In this document: piece by piece, positions 1 to 7,432 of the stretch | Position numbering within the stretch: the first letter of the stretch is position 1 | How the letters are laid out: each line of letters begins with the position of its first letter | Source: an uncultured Candidatus Saccharibacteria bacterium | GTDB lineage: Bacteria; Patescibacteriota; Minisyncoccia; Sungbacterales; HO2-52-23 | Reading direction: 5' to 3' | DNA: 42,894 bases | Assembly (NCBI GenBank): GCA_964373875.1 | Contig: CAYJWH010000003.1 | Location: 1 to 42,894, forward strand | Position numbers and translations under genes: made by a program | The notes under the pieces: generated by a model | The model's input: only the letters and a program-made list of their open reading frames with translations | Databases searched by the model: none | Told to the model about the DNA's origin: nothing

Positions 1-280
1 TGCCACCCATAAAGCAATCAAAAGCATGCAACCGACCATGGCTTGAAGATTTTTATCATGAGGATGATAAAGCCGCCGGCAGACCATATGGTGTGGAAAA
101 AGTCCGTTTGCAAATCGATGCGGCGGAACGGGTTGACAGTTGCGGCTGGCTACTATGGAATGCTGCCAATTTATACACTGAAAACGCTTTACGCAAAGAA
201 GGAGTTGATTAATGTTAATTGTTAATATCCAAAGACATTACAAAGCGTAGTTACCGTAGAACAATATCCTATTTAAATAA

Positions 281-314
281 ATTCCATTAATTAACGATCG
301 CATTCTAATGGAAT
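281..314. repeat. Family-3 palindrome (imperfect): attccatta-attaaCGATCGCAttc-taatggaat
   Basis: 9-bp outer stem; shares CGATCGCA core and CTAATGG arm with the copy at 980-1013; lies just upstream of CDS 325. Confidence 0.7.
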
Positions 315-324
315 AGAGTGGCTT

Positions 325-945
325 ATGAAGATGAAAACAAATAAAGGAAGGAAAAATGGAATGGTTTTATATGGATCGTATGCTTACCGGGCGCTTAAAA
401 TTGTTGCGGGGGGAGCCGCCCTTGGAGTTGCTCTTACTGTTTTTATTGCCGTACCGAATATGGCAGTTGTCGCAAAACCACTTATTGAATATCTGGCTGG
501 CAAGGACAAACGTAAGTGGAAGCGGGAACAAGCCCAACTATGAAAAGCAGTCGAACGCTTAAGGAGACGCCGTTTGGTTTCGCTGCTTATGCGCGGAAAA
601 GAAACTTATCTGCTTATCACAAAAGAGGGAAAGGAGCAGCTAAAAAGGTTTGAGATCAATACCCTCCAAATTGAAAAGCCGAAAAAGTGGGATAAAAAAT
701 GGAGAATAGTTCTTTTTGATATTCCGGAAAAGCGCAAAGGAGCGCGTAACTCCATAAGAAGAAAGTTGCTAGAACTTGGTTTTTATCCTCTTCAAAAAAG
801 TACGTTTGTTCATCCGTATGATTGCCAAGATGAAATCGATTTTATTGCGCAATTTTTTAATGCTGAAAAATTTATTCAATATGTGGTATGCGACGATTTG
901 GGAGCAAACGAGCCCATAGTGAGGCGGCATTTTAATCTTCTATAA
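325..945 (+). pseudogene. PaaX-like (Cas2-fold) winged-helix regulator with N-terminal TM segment, interrupted by in-frame TGA at 541-543
   Basis: ORFs 325-543 and 574-945 share one frame; read-through gives KREQAQL*KAVERLRRRRLVSL; C-terminal WDKKWRIVLFDIPEKRKGARNSIRRKL..GF..LQKSTFVHPY resembles the PaaX-type domain (from memory). Confidence 0.6.
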
Positions 946-979
946 AATCCAGTCTTTTTATAGAAAGAAATTTGTGTTA

Positions 980-1013
980 TTTCCATTAGGATACGATCGC
1001 ATCCTAATGGAAA
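980..1013. repeat. Family-3 palindrome (perfect): tTTCCATTAGGAT-acgatcgc-ATCCTAATGGAAa
   Basis: 13-bp perfect stem, 8-nt loop containing CGATCG; 35 nt downstream of the CDS stop. Confidence 0.85.
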
Positions 1014-1114
1014 GTGATCTCTTTGGAGGGTGAGATAATAATAAAATTGTTGGCAGGGGGTGGGGATATTTTCACACCTATACCATCACGACATAAGCGG
1101 CTTCACCATCGCAA

Positions 1115-1140
1115 TCTATCCGTGCTATAGCACGGATAGA
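1115..1140. promoter_or_regulatory. Perfect 26-bp palindrome TCTATCCGTGCTATAGCACGGATAGA (candidate operator)
   Basis: Exact dyad symmetry, 46 nt upstream of TTGACA at 1187. Confidence 0.4.
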
Positions 1141-1201
1141 TATAGTAGTTATGCTGTCAGGGAATGCCTGTAGATATCTTTGTGCATTGACAAAAATTTG
1201 T

Positions 1202-1214
1202 GGGGGGGGGGGGG
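1202..1214 (+). repeat. G13 homopolymer tract
   Basis: 13 consecutive G counted between TTGACA (1187-1192) and CATACT (1215-1220), upstream of ATG 1261. Confidence 0.95.
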
Positions 1215-1260
1215 CATACTAGAGGAAGTCGATTATAGCAACATAATAACTATTAAACAT

Positions 1261-2034
1261 ATGGGGCATGAAGCAGTTTCTGGCGCGAAAGAAGCGTCTT
1301 TATCAATCGAAGATTGGGAAGGGAGAATAAAACCGGCCGTTGACCTTTACAGAGCAACGTGGCAGGGAGCTTTTAATATTCGACGTCAAGAATGGATATA
1401 TTCGAATATAAAGAATAAAGATGGAAGTTCTAAGCGAGAAGTAACATATGATATAAATATAGAGGCCATTGAGGGACTTCCTGGGTTTAAGGATTTAGTT
1501 GATGAGTTTAACGAAATGCTTGCGGCTTCCGTTGGGGGAGACGTGACAGCAGGATCGGATATTCGTGAGCGCATATATAAAAGAAAAGAAGAGTTGGAGA
1601 GGAAACGCGAAGATTTAAGAAAAGCGGACCCATTGGTGAGTGATGTCGTGTTGCAGCTTGCCATAAGATTTAGCAAGAGATTGGACGCTATCTCACAAGA
1701 TGAAGTGAAAATAGTAATTGACGATGTATTGAGTAAAAAAGAAAAGCATGAGTATGATTCGGCCGAGCATCAGGAGTTTCTCAACTTGAGGGGGCCGGCA
1801 AATGCGGCTTTTGACGGCGCGAAGGCAGAGGAAGATCTTGCACGGCAGGACGCGCAAGCAAAAAAACGTGGGTTCCCGTCTCGGCAGGAAATGTGGCAAC
1901 ACGATTTGGCTGCAATAAAAGCACTCAGGAAAAGAATAGGAGATGAAAGATTCAAAATGTGGGATAGTGTCGGCAGCTTTGGCGGCTTAAGCTATACTCT
2001 GGACCGGATGGAAAAAGCAGAGAGTGCGGAATAA
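1261..2034 (+). CDS. Hypothetical cytoplasmic protein (about 257 aa from first ATG)
   Basis: Long ORF 1180-2034; first ATG at 1261; followed by a strong intrinsic terminator; no recognisable motif. Confidence 0.55.
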   Translation: MGHEAVSGAKEASLSIEDWEGRIKPAVDLYRATWQGAFNIRRQEWIYSNIKNKDGSSKREVTYDINIEAIEGLPGFKDLVDEFNEMLAASVGGDVTAGSDIRERIYKRKEELERKREDLRKADPLVSDVVLQLAIRFSKRLDAISQDEVKIVIDDVLSKKEKHEYDSAEHQEFLNLRGPANAAFDGAKAEEDLARQDAQAKKRGFPSRQEMWQHDLAAIKALRKRIGDERFKMWDSVGSFGGLSYTLDRMEKAESAE

Positions 2035-2071
2035 GGTGAGAGGTTGAAAAGCAGAAAAAATCGTGCTAAAC

Positions 2072-2106
2072 ATAAAGAGTCCGTATCGGACTCTTTATGT
2101 TTTTTG
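2072..2106 (+). terminator. Intrinsic terminator
   Basis: ATAAAGAGTCC-gtatc-GGACTCTTTAT followed by GTTTTTT. Confidence 0.85.
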
Positions 2107-2107
2107 T

Positions 2108-2180
2108 GCCAGCGTAGCTCAGTTGGTAGAGCATCTCATTCGTAACGAGAAGGTCGCCGGTTCAATCCCGGCCGCTGGCT
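2108..2180 (+). tRNA. tRNA-Thr (anticodon CGT)
   Basis: Cloverleaf by hand: acceptor GCCAGCG/CGCTGGC, D arm GCTC-AGTTGGTA-GAGC, anticodon loop TTCGTAA, T arm GCCGG-TTCAATC-CCGGC; no encoded CCA. Confidence 0.9.
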
Positions 2181-2206
2181 TTTTGAAAAGGTGGGAGGGT
2201 AAATAA

Positions 2207-2241
2207 ATCGTAGGTTCCGGGTTCAAATCCCGGGGTCGGCT
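2207..2241 (+). other. Orphan tRNA 3' fragment (T arm plus 3' acceptor strand only)
   Basis: CCGGG-TTCAAAT-CCCGG followed by GGTCGGCT; no matching 5' acceptor strand GCCGACC upstream. Confidence 0.45.
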
Positions 2242-2252
2242 TCTGAATTTTT

Positions 2253-2285
2253 AAAAGCCGTCAAGCTTTGCTTGACGGCTTTTGG
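2253..2285. terminator. Bidirectional hairpin terminator
   Basis: aaaaGCCGTCAAG-ctttg-CTTGACGGCtttt between convergent features. Confidence 0.8.
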
Positions 2286-2286
2286 T

Positions 2287-2994
2287 TTATTGCAGATGCC
2301 GGCGAAATTCTTCCATGATCCGCTTGATAGGCATTACCAAGTAGAGATTTCGTTTTCCTCTCACCGATCCGATGAGGATGCCCAACAGCCGGCCGGTATT
2401 GGTAGCAACCGGCGCTCCGGAGAATCCATCTTCAATACTGAGTTCCGCCTCAAAAATCAGCGCGCCATCGTCCCGCATCTCCTTAAATTGTATTTTCTGA
2501 AGGGTCGGACTGGTACGCAAACGAATCGGCTCGGCCACGGTCATAGCATATTCATCTCGGTCCGGAATCGGCCTCCATTCATCAACCGTAAAAAACAAAG
2601 GTACCGGCCGCCTCTCTGCTATATAGCCGATGAAGAAATCGTGCAGATGCCCGGTCTCTATCTTAAGATTATTTACTAGAACTGCGGGTCTTACGGTCTG
2701 CCACTCCTGTTCTGGCGCACCCACGAGAATCGTTGTCGTATATTCAGAAGCTGGGCAATGCCCGGCCGAGAGTACGTAGGCATGAAAATAATCTTTGCGA
2801 TTTCCAACCGGACGAAAGTAGAAAGCATAGCATGACGCATTTTCCTTGTCAGACGATACCGGCATCAATAATGATCCGAAAAGTTTTTCTCCTTCCATTT
2901 CAAGTTCCTTAGGTGCCGGTAAAAGAGTTGCGCAACCGGCGACGACGAGAGCCAGACAAAGAAGTAGAAAACGCCGCATCTTTGCTACCACCAT
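2287..2994 (-). CDS. Lipoprotein, trypsin-like (S1) serine-protease fold
   Basis: Lipobox LVVAGC after MRRFLLL; SAGHC (His) and GFSGAPV (Ser) motifs; start may be M6 at 2979. Confidence 0.6.
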   Translation of the reverse strand: MVVAKMRRFLLLCLALVVAGCATLLPAPKELEMEGEKLFGSLLMPVSSDKENASCYAFYFRPVGNRKDYFHAYVLSAGHCPASEYTTTILVGAPEQEWQTVRPAVLVNNLKIETGHLHDFFIGYIAERRPVPLFFTVDEWRPIPDRDEYAMTVAEPIRLRTSPTLQKIQFKEMRDDGALIFEAELSIEDGFSGAPVATNTGRLLGILIGSVRGKRNLYLVMPIKRIMEEFRRHLQ

Positions 2995-3102
2995 TTGTTC
3001 TATTTCAAGGATACTTATGATTGCAGATTTGTAAAGTTTTTCTCTGGGTTTACTTTTTGCCGGGAAGCTAATATAAAGTAATTAGTACTGCAGGAGTGTT
3101 TT

Positions 3103-3738
3103 TTGAAAAGATTTAGCGCAGTTGTTTTGCTTTTTATTTTGGCGGGGTGCGCTAATATTCCGCCTTCAGGAACCGCTCATATACTCAATTTTATTCCCGG
3201 TCATATGCCCTACTATGCGGGCTATGGATTTTTCATTGGAGACAAAGGATGTTTTATCACCACCTTTCACCAAAAGCACTCTTTTGCCAGAGGAGTTCCT
3301 CGAGTATATAGCGGATCAAAGGAATATCGCATTGAGTTTCTGCAAGGTATTCCTGAACTTGAGGTTGCACTTTTTAGAACAGGTGAAGCAACAGTATCTT
3401 TGCCCTTGATCGAAAACATTGACGGAGAAGTATTAGGAAAGAAAGTTTTTATAAGAAGTGGAGCGGATATGTTTGAGGCAACTGTTGCTGACGATTGGAT
3501 ATTATATGATCTCAGTCCCGAACCATTTATTCCCGGACTTTCTACTCGAAGATTTCTCGCCTATAAAATAATTGGAGGAGATTTGCGGCGAGGGAAAAGC
3601 GGATCTGTTGTAGTTAACTCCAAAGGAGAGGTGTTTGCGATTGTAACGGCAATAATGGAGGGGGCTGAACCCTTTGGAGTAGCCGTTCCTATATCACACT
3701 CACTACTTTACACTTTTCTGACCTATCATAAGTGCTAG
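3103..3738 (+). CDS. Lipoprotein, trypsin-like serine-protease fold (paralog-like, divergent to 2287-2994)
   Basis: TTG start preceded by AGGAG; lipobox ILAGC; GKSGSVVV Ser motif. Confidence 0.6.
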   Translation: MKRFSAVVLLFILAGCANIPPSGTAHILNFIPGHMPYYAGYGFFIGDKGCFITTFHQKHSFARGVPRVYSGSKEYRIEFLQGIPELEVALFRTGEATVSLPLIENIDGEVLGKKVFIRSGADMFEATVADDWILYDLSPEPFIPGLSTRRFLAYKIIGGDLRRGKSGSVVVNSKGEVFAIVTAIMEGAEPFGVAVPISHSLLYTFLTYHKC

Positions 3739-3765
3739 TCCCGATTATATCGGGAATTTTTAATT
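3739..3765 (+). terminator. Intrinsic terminator
   Basis: TCCCGAT-tata-TCGGGA then ATTTTTAATTTTT. Confidence 0.7.
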
Positions 3766-3777
3766 TTTGTAGGTTTG

Positions 3778-3786
3778 TGATATAAT
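3778..3786 (+). promoter_or_regulatory. Extended -10 promoter TGaTATAAT; predicted leaderless prfB mRNA
   Basis: TATAAT ends 6 nt before ATG 3793; no SD in between. Confidence 0.45.
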
Positions 3787-3792
3787 ACGGAT

Positions 3793-4888
3793 ATGGAAGA
3801 AGTGAAGAAAATTCTTGAAGATCTTGAGGTAAAATCCCGCGAAATCGCGGACCGGCTTTGATATTTCCGGAAAGAAGAAGGAAATTTTGAAAATTGAGGA
3901 GGAGATGCAGGGGCCCGGATTTTGGGAAGATAAAATACGCGGAGCCTCACGCGGTCAGGAACTCTCGGCCTTAAAGAAAGAGTCGGATCGCTGGGATAAG
4001 CTCGAGCGAGATCTTAAAACACACCAAGAGTTGCTGGCAATGTCGGAAGGGGATGAATCTTTGCAAAAAGAAATTGAGGCAAAAGTCAGACAGCTTGAAA
4101 AAGAATTTAAAAATTTAGAGGTTGAACTATACTTCTCTGGGAAGTACGATAAAGGGAGTGCCATTATTTCCGTTTATTCCGGAGCGGGAGGCAAAGATGC
4201 CGAAGATTGGGCCGCGCTTTTGTTAAGAATGTATAGCCGGTTTGCCGAAAAAAGAGGATGGAAGACCAAGATTATCCACGAGCATTGGGGAGAATATTCA
4301 GGCCTTGCCGGCTGGGGGATAAAAAACGCGACCATTCTGATTGGAGCTTCCTATGCTTATGGATATTTGAAAAAAGAATCAGGTGTGCATCGCCTCGTGC
4401 GGATTTCGCCTTTTTCCTCGCAGTCTCTCCGTCACACCTCGTTTGCGCTGGTTGATGTCATGCCGGAATTCGTGGCGCCGGAGGAAGTGGAGATCAAGCC
4501 GGAGGATTTAAAAATTGATTTTTTCCGTTCCTCGGGTCCCGGCGGGCAGAATGTAAACAAGCGCGAGACGGCTGTTCGTATCACTCACTTGCCGACAGGC
4601 ATTCAAGTCGCCTCGCAGGTAGAGCGCTCGCAGGAAAGAAACCGCGAAACCGCTTTGGGCCTTTTACGCTCCCGTATCTATAGGTTTGAGTCGGAACGGC
4701 AAGAAAAAGAACGCTCTGGCGTCAGACAAGAAAAAGTGGCCATCGAATGGGGATCGCAAATTCGATCATACGTAATGCATCCTTATCAAATGGTCAAAGA
4801 TCATCGCACCCAAGTCGAGACTTCAAATATAGAAAAAGTATTGGACGGAGAATTAGATGAATTTATTGAAGCGGAAATAAAGCAATAG
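3793..4888 (+). CDS. prfB: Peptide chain release factor 2, programmed +1 frameshift
   Basis: Frame-0 ORF MEEVKKILEDLEVKSREIADRL ends at CTT TGA (3856-3861); the +1 frame continues DISGKKKEILKIEEEMQGPGFW; SPF and GGQ motifs present. Confidence 0.9.
3856..3861 (+). promoter_or_regulatory. prfB: prfB +1 frameshift site CTT-TGA
   Basis: Classical CUU UGA slippery/stop context joining frames 1 and 2. Confidence 0.8.
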
Positions 4889-4969
4889 TATCGATGCGAA
4901 TATGCTAATTTACCAATGATACGAATATTCGCATAATTGGCATTCATTCGCATATTGGCATCGAGACAA

Positions 4970-5650
4970 ATGATTTACTTCGACAACGTATCCAAAATTT
5001 ATAATCATCATTCCGTTGCCCTGAAAAACGTTACTCTTCGGGTCCATCCCAAAGAGTTTGTGTCTTTGGTTGGATCTTCCGGAGCCGGCAAAACCACGCT
5101 TCTAAAACTTTTTATCCGTGAAGAAGAACCGACGGAAGGAAGAATATTTTTGGATGGTATTGAAATAACCGGAGTAAAACGATCCGAGCTTCATCATGTT
5201 CGCCGCCGGATAGGAACGGTATTTCAGGATTACAAGCTTCTGCCAATGAAGACCGCTTATGAAAATGTCGCCTTTGCGATGGAGGTTGCCGGATGTCCGG
5301 ATGAGGAAATAGAAGAAGACGCGCCGCAGGTGCTTGAGCTTGTCGGGTTGAAGGAAAAAATGCAGAATTTTCCCCACCAACTGTCCGGAGGAGAGAAACA
5401 AAGAGTGGCCATCGCGCGGGCCCTGGTCAATCGGCCGGACGTATTGCTGGCCGACGAGCCCGCGGCAAACCTTGATCCCATCAATACTTGGGAGATTGTA
5501 AAGCTTCTGCAAAAAATCAACAGTCTTGGCACGACCGTGATTTTGGCATCGCATGACAAGGAGATTATCAACTCCATAGACAAACGCGTTATAGTCTTGG
5601 ATAAAGGAGAGGTGATAAGCGACCAGGAAAGAGGCAAATATCTTGTATAA
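4970..5650 (+). CDS. ftsE: Cell-division ABC ATPase FtsE
   Basis: Walker A GSSGAGKTT, signature LSGGEKQR, Walker B LLADEP; followed by ftsX. Confidence 0.9.
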   Translation: MIYFDNVSKIYNHHSVALKNVTLRVHPKEFVSLVGSSGAGKTTLLKLFIREEEPTEGRIFLDGIEITGVKRSELHHVRRRIGTVFQDYKLLPMKTAYENVAFAMEVAGCPDEEIEEDAPQVLELVGLKEKMQNFPHQLSGGEKQRVAIARALVNRPDVLLADEPAANLDPINTWEIVKLLQKINSLGTTVILASHDKEIINSIDKRVIVLDKGEVISDQERGKYLV

Positions 5651-5671
5651 ATGTCTAATTACTAATTTCCA

Positions 5672-6583
5672 ATGTCTAAACGAACCACATTCAAGCGCGT
5701 CATAAAAACCGGATACTTGAGTTTCCGGCGTAATGGTTGGCTTTCAACCGCTACCATCCTGATTATGATATTGGTGCTTTTTGTTCTGGGAAGTTTGGTG
5801 TTTGTGGGAGCTTTTGCCAATACCATGCTGACTGCTTTTGAATCCAAGATCGACATCAGTGTTTATTTTGTCGGCAATGCCGCGGAAGAAAACATTTTGC
5901 AAATTAAAAAGGAAATTGAGGCGTTCCCCGACGTCGCCCAAGTCGCTTATGTGTCAAAAGATGATGCCTTGGCCCAGTTTCGCGAGCGGCACAAGGGCAA
6001 TGCTTTGATTGTCGATGCCCTGGACGAACTTGGAGAAAATCCGTTGGAGGCGAGTCTCAATATCCGGGCGCGCGATCCCTCGCGATACGGAGATATCAGC
6101 GACTTTCTTCTGCAAAAAAGTTACCAGGCGGTGGATAAGATCAACTATTTTGAAAACCAGGCAATCATTGATCGTCTGGGGGCGATTGTCGGCACGGTGC
6201 GCGGGTCGGGAGCGATTCTTGCCGTCTTTCTGGCTTTTGTCGCGATCCTGGTCGCTTTCAATACCGTGCGTCTGTCAATTTATACCATGCGGGAAGAGAT
6301 CGGGATTATGCGATTGGTGGGCGCCACCAAATGGTTTATCCGCGGCCCATTTTTGGTAAGCGGAGTTTTATACGGCGCCGCGTCCGCCGCCATCACCACT
6401 TTGGTTTTCTTCCCGTTGACCTGGCTTGCCTCGCCCAAGCTTGCAGTACTCGTGCCTAATTTTAATCTCTTTCAATACTTTATTTCCAATTTTGCGGAGT
6501 TTTTCGCGATCATGCTTGCGAGCGGAGTATTGCTTGGCACTCTGTCCAGTTTTATCGCCATAAGGAGGTATCTTGAGATTTAG
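5672..6583 (+). CDS. ftsX: Cell-division permease-like protein FtsX
   Basis: N-terminal TM, large periplasmic loop, 3 C-terminal TMs; synteny with ftsE. Confidence 0.85.
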   Translation: MSKRTTFKRVIKTGYLSFRRNGWLSTATILIMILVLFVLGSLVFVGAFANTMLTAFESKIDISVYFVGNAAEENILQIKKEIEAFPDVAQVAYVSKDDALAQFRERHKGNALIVDALDELGENPLEASLNIRARDPSRYGDISDFLLQKSYQAVDKINYFENQAIIDRLGAIVGTVRGSGAILAVFLAFVAILVAFNTVRLSIYTMREEIGIMRLVGATKWFIRGPFLVSGVLYGAASAAITTLVFFPLTWLASPKLAVLVPNFNLFQYFISNFAEFFAIMLASGVLLGTLSSFIAIRRYLEI

Positions 6584-6604
6584 GATACCGGCTTCGTCTA
6601 ATGG
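6580..6604. repeat. Truncated family-3 palindrome TTAGGATAC-cggcttcg-TCTAATGG overlapping the ftsX stop
   Basis: Compare ccaTTAGGATAC-gatcgca-TCCTAATGG at 983-1010. Confidence 0.45.
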
Positions 6605-6612
6605 TAGGAAAG

Positions 6613-6639
6613 TCTTGCCAAATATGGTAAGATTTTTTT
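6613..6639 (+). terminator. Intrinsic terminator of ftsX
   Basis: TCTTGCC-aaatat-GGTAAGA followed by T7. Confidence 0.8.
6625..6633 (+). promoter_or_regulatory. Possible extended -10 (TGgTAAGAT) 6 nt before ATG 6640
   Basis: Same -10 to ATG spacing as prfB and CDS 33325; embedded in the terminator stem. Confidence 0.3.
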
Positions 6640-7344
6640 ATGCCAAGCAACTGGACAAAAGGATTTACGAAAGACACGCATCCGTCGATAATGAAAATTT
6701 CCGATACGATGCGAAGGAAGAAGTTAGATAACTTTGCGGAGTGGCGCGATAGAATGCGCGCTCTTGGAAAGATACAAACCGATTATCCGGAATTTAAGAA
6801 AGACGGAGACTTGGCTGAATTGATCGGAGTAATACTGGGAGATGGCCATATTGAAAGGTTCCCAAGGACAGAATCAGTTACTATTTCTTCTAATGCGAAA
6901 AATAAAGGATTTATTAACCGATACAGCAAGCTTTTGGAGACTATATTCAAGAAAAAACCGTATATTGCAAAAATGAGTGGTTCAAATTGCGTGCGTATTA
7001 GAATTTTTCAGAAGAATATAAGTAAAAGGTTTAATATCCCCTCCGGTGCAAGAAGATATAAAAAAATTTCAGTACCCCGCTGGATTTTTAAGGAGGAAGA
7101 GTATATAATAAGATATCTTCGGGGGCTTTATGAAGCAGAAGGCTCGTTTTGTATACATACGCCAACTTCTACCTATAAACTTTTTTTCAGCAATCGAAAT
7201 GAATCTATGCTCCGGAATGTTTTTCGGCTTATGAAACATTTGGGCTTTCATCCACATCAAAGCAAAAGCAATTATTCGATACAGGTTTCTAAACGTGAAG
7301 AGGTATACAATGCGGTTGAATTATTGAAGTTTAGAAATTATTGA
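6640..7344 (+). CDS. Double-motif LAGLIDADG homing endonuclease (free-standing)
   Basis: Motifs LIGVILGDGHI and YLRGLYEAEGSF; visibly more AT-rich than its neighbours. Confidence 0.8.
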   Translation: MPSNWTKGFTKDTHPSIMKISDTMRRKKLDNFAEWRDRMRALGKIQTDYPEFKKDGDLAELIGVILGDGHIERFPRTESVTISSNAKNKGFINRYSKLLETIFKKKPYIAKMSGSNCVRIRIFQKNISKRFNIPSGARRYKKISVPRWIFKEEEYIIRYLRGLYEAEGSFCIHTPTSTYKLFFSNRNESMLRNVFRLMKHLGFHPHQSKSNYSIQVSKREEVYNAVELLKFRNY

Positions 7345-7350
7345 AGTTTA
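7321..7350 (+). repeat. 13-bp direct repeat TTATTGAAGTTTA x2 (4-nt spacer) at the LAGLIDADG 3' end
   Basis: Copies at 7321-7333 and 7338-7350, immediately before tRNA-Gln. Confidence 0.8.
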
Positions 7351-7351
7351 T

Positions 7352-7422
7352 TGCCGGGTAGTGTAGTGGTAGCACGCCGCGCTCTGGACGCGGAAACCGG
7401 GGTTCGAATCCCTGCCCGGCAG
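7352..7422 (+). tRNA. tRNA-Gln (anticodon CTG)
   Basis: Acceptor TGCCGGG/CCCGGCA (U1-A72), anticodon arm CCGCG-CTCTGGA-CGCGG, T arm CGGGG-TTCGAAT-CCCTG. Confidence 0.9.
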
Positions 7423-7432
7423 AAATCAGCTT

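Noticed and set aside
1-225. Coding potential at the window start (track ORF 43-225 +, and a minus-strand frame open to position 1 with ATGs at 87 and 39)
   Set aside because: Both are short with no motifs, SD or homology signal that I can recognise. The minus-strand frame may be the N-terminus of a gene lying outside the window, but this cannot be supported.
541-543. Alternative genetic code (TGA as Gly/Trp, codes 25/4) as the explanation for the in-frame TGA
   Set aside because: TGA plausibly terminates many well-delimited genes here (LAGLIDADG, nfu, the LTD/PKD gene, the GT fusion). An RF2 gene with a UGA-dependent autoregulatory frameshift is present. The second interrupted gene uses TAG, not TGA.
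6586-6612. tRNA-like 5' fragment (CTTCGTCTAATGGTAGGA resembles a Glu/Gln D arm), which might indicate a split or intron-containing tRNA around the LAGLIDADG gene
   Set aside because: No anticodon or T arm follows, and the adjacent hairpin plus T7 is an ordinary terminator. The downstream tRNA-Gln is complete on its own. The segment aligns better with the family-3 palindrome (TTAGGATAC-8 nt-TCTAATGG).
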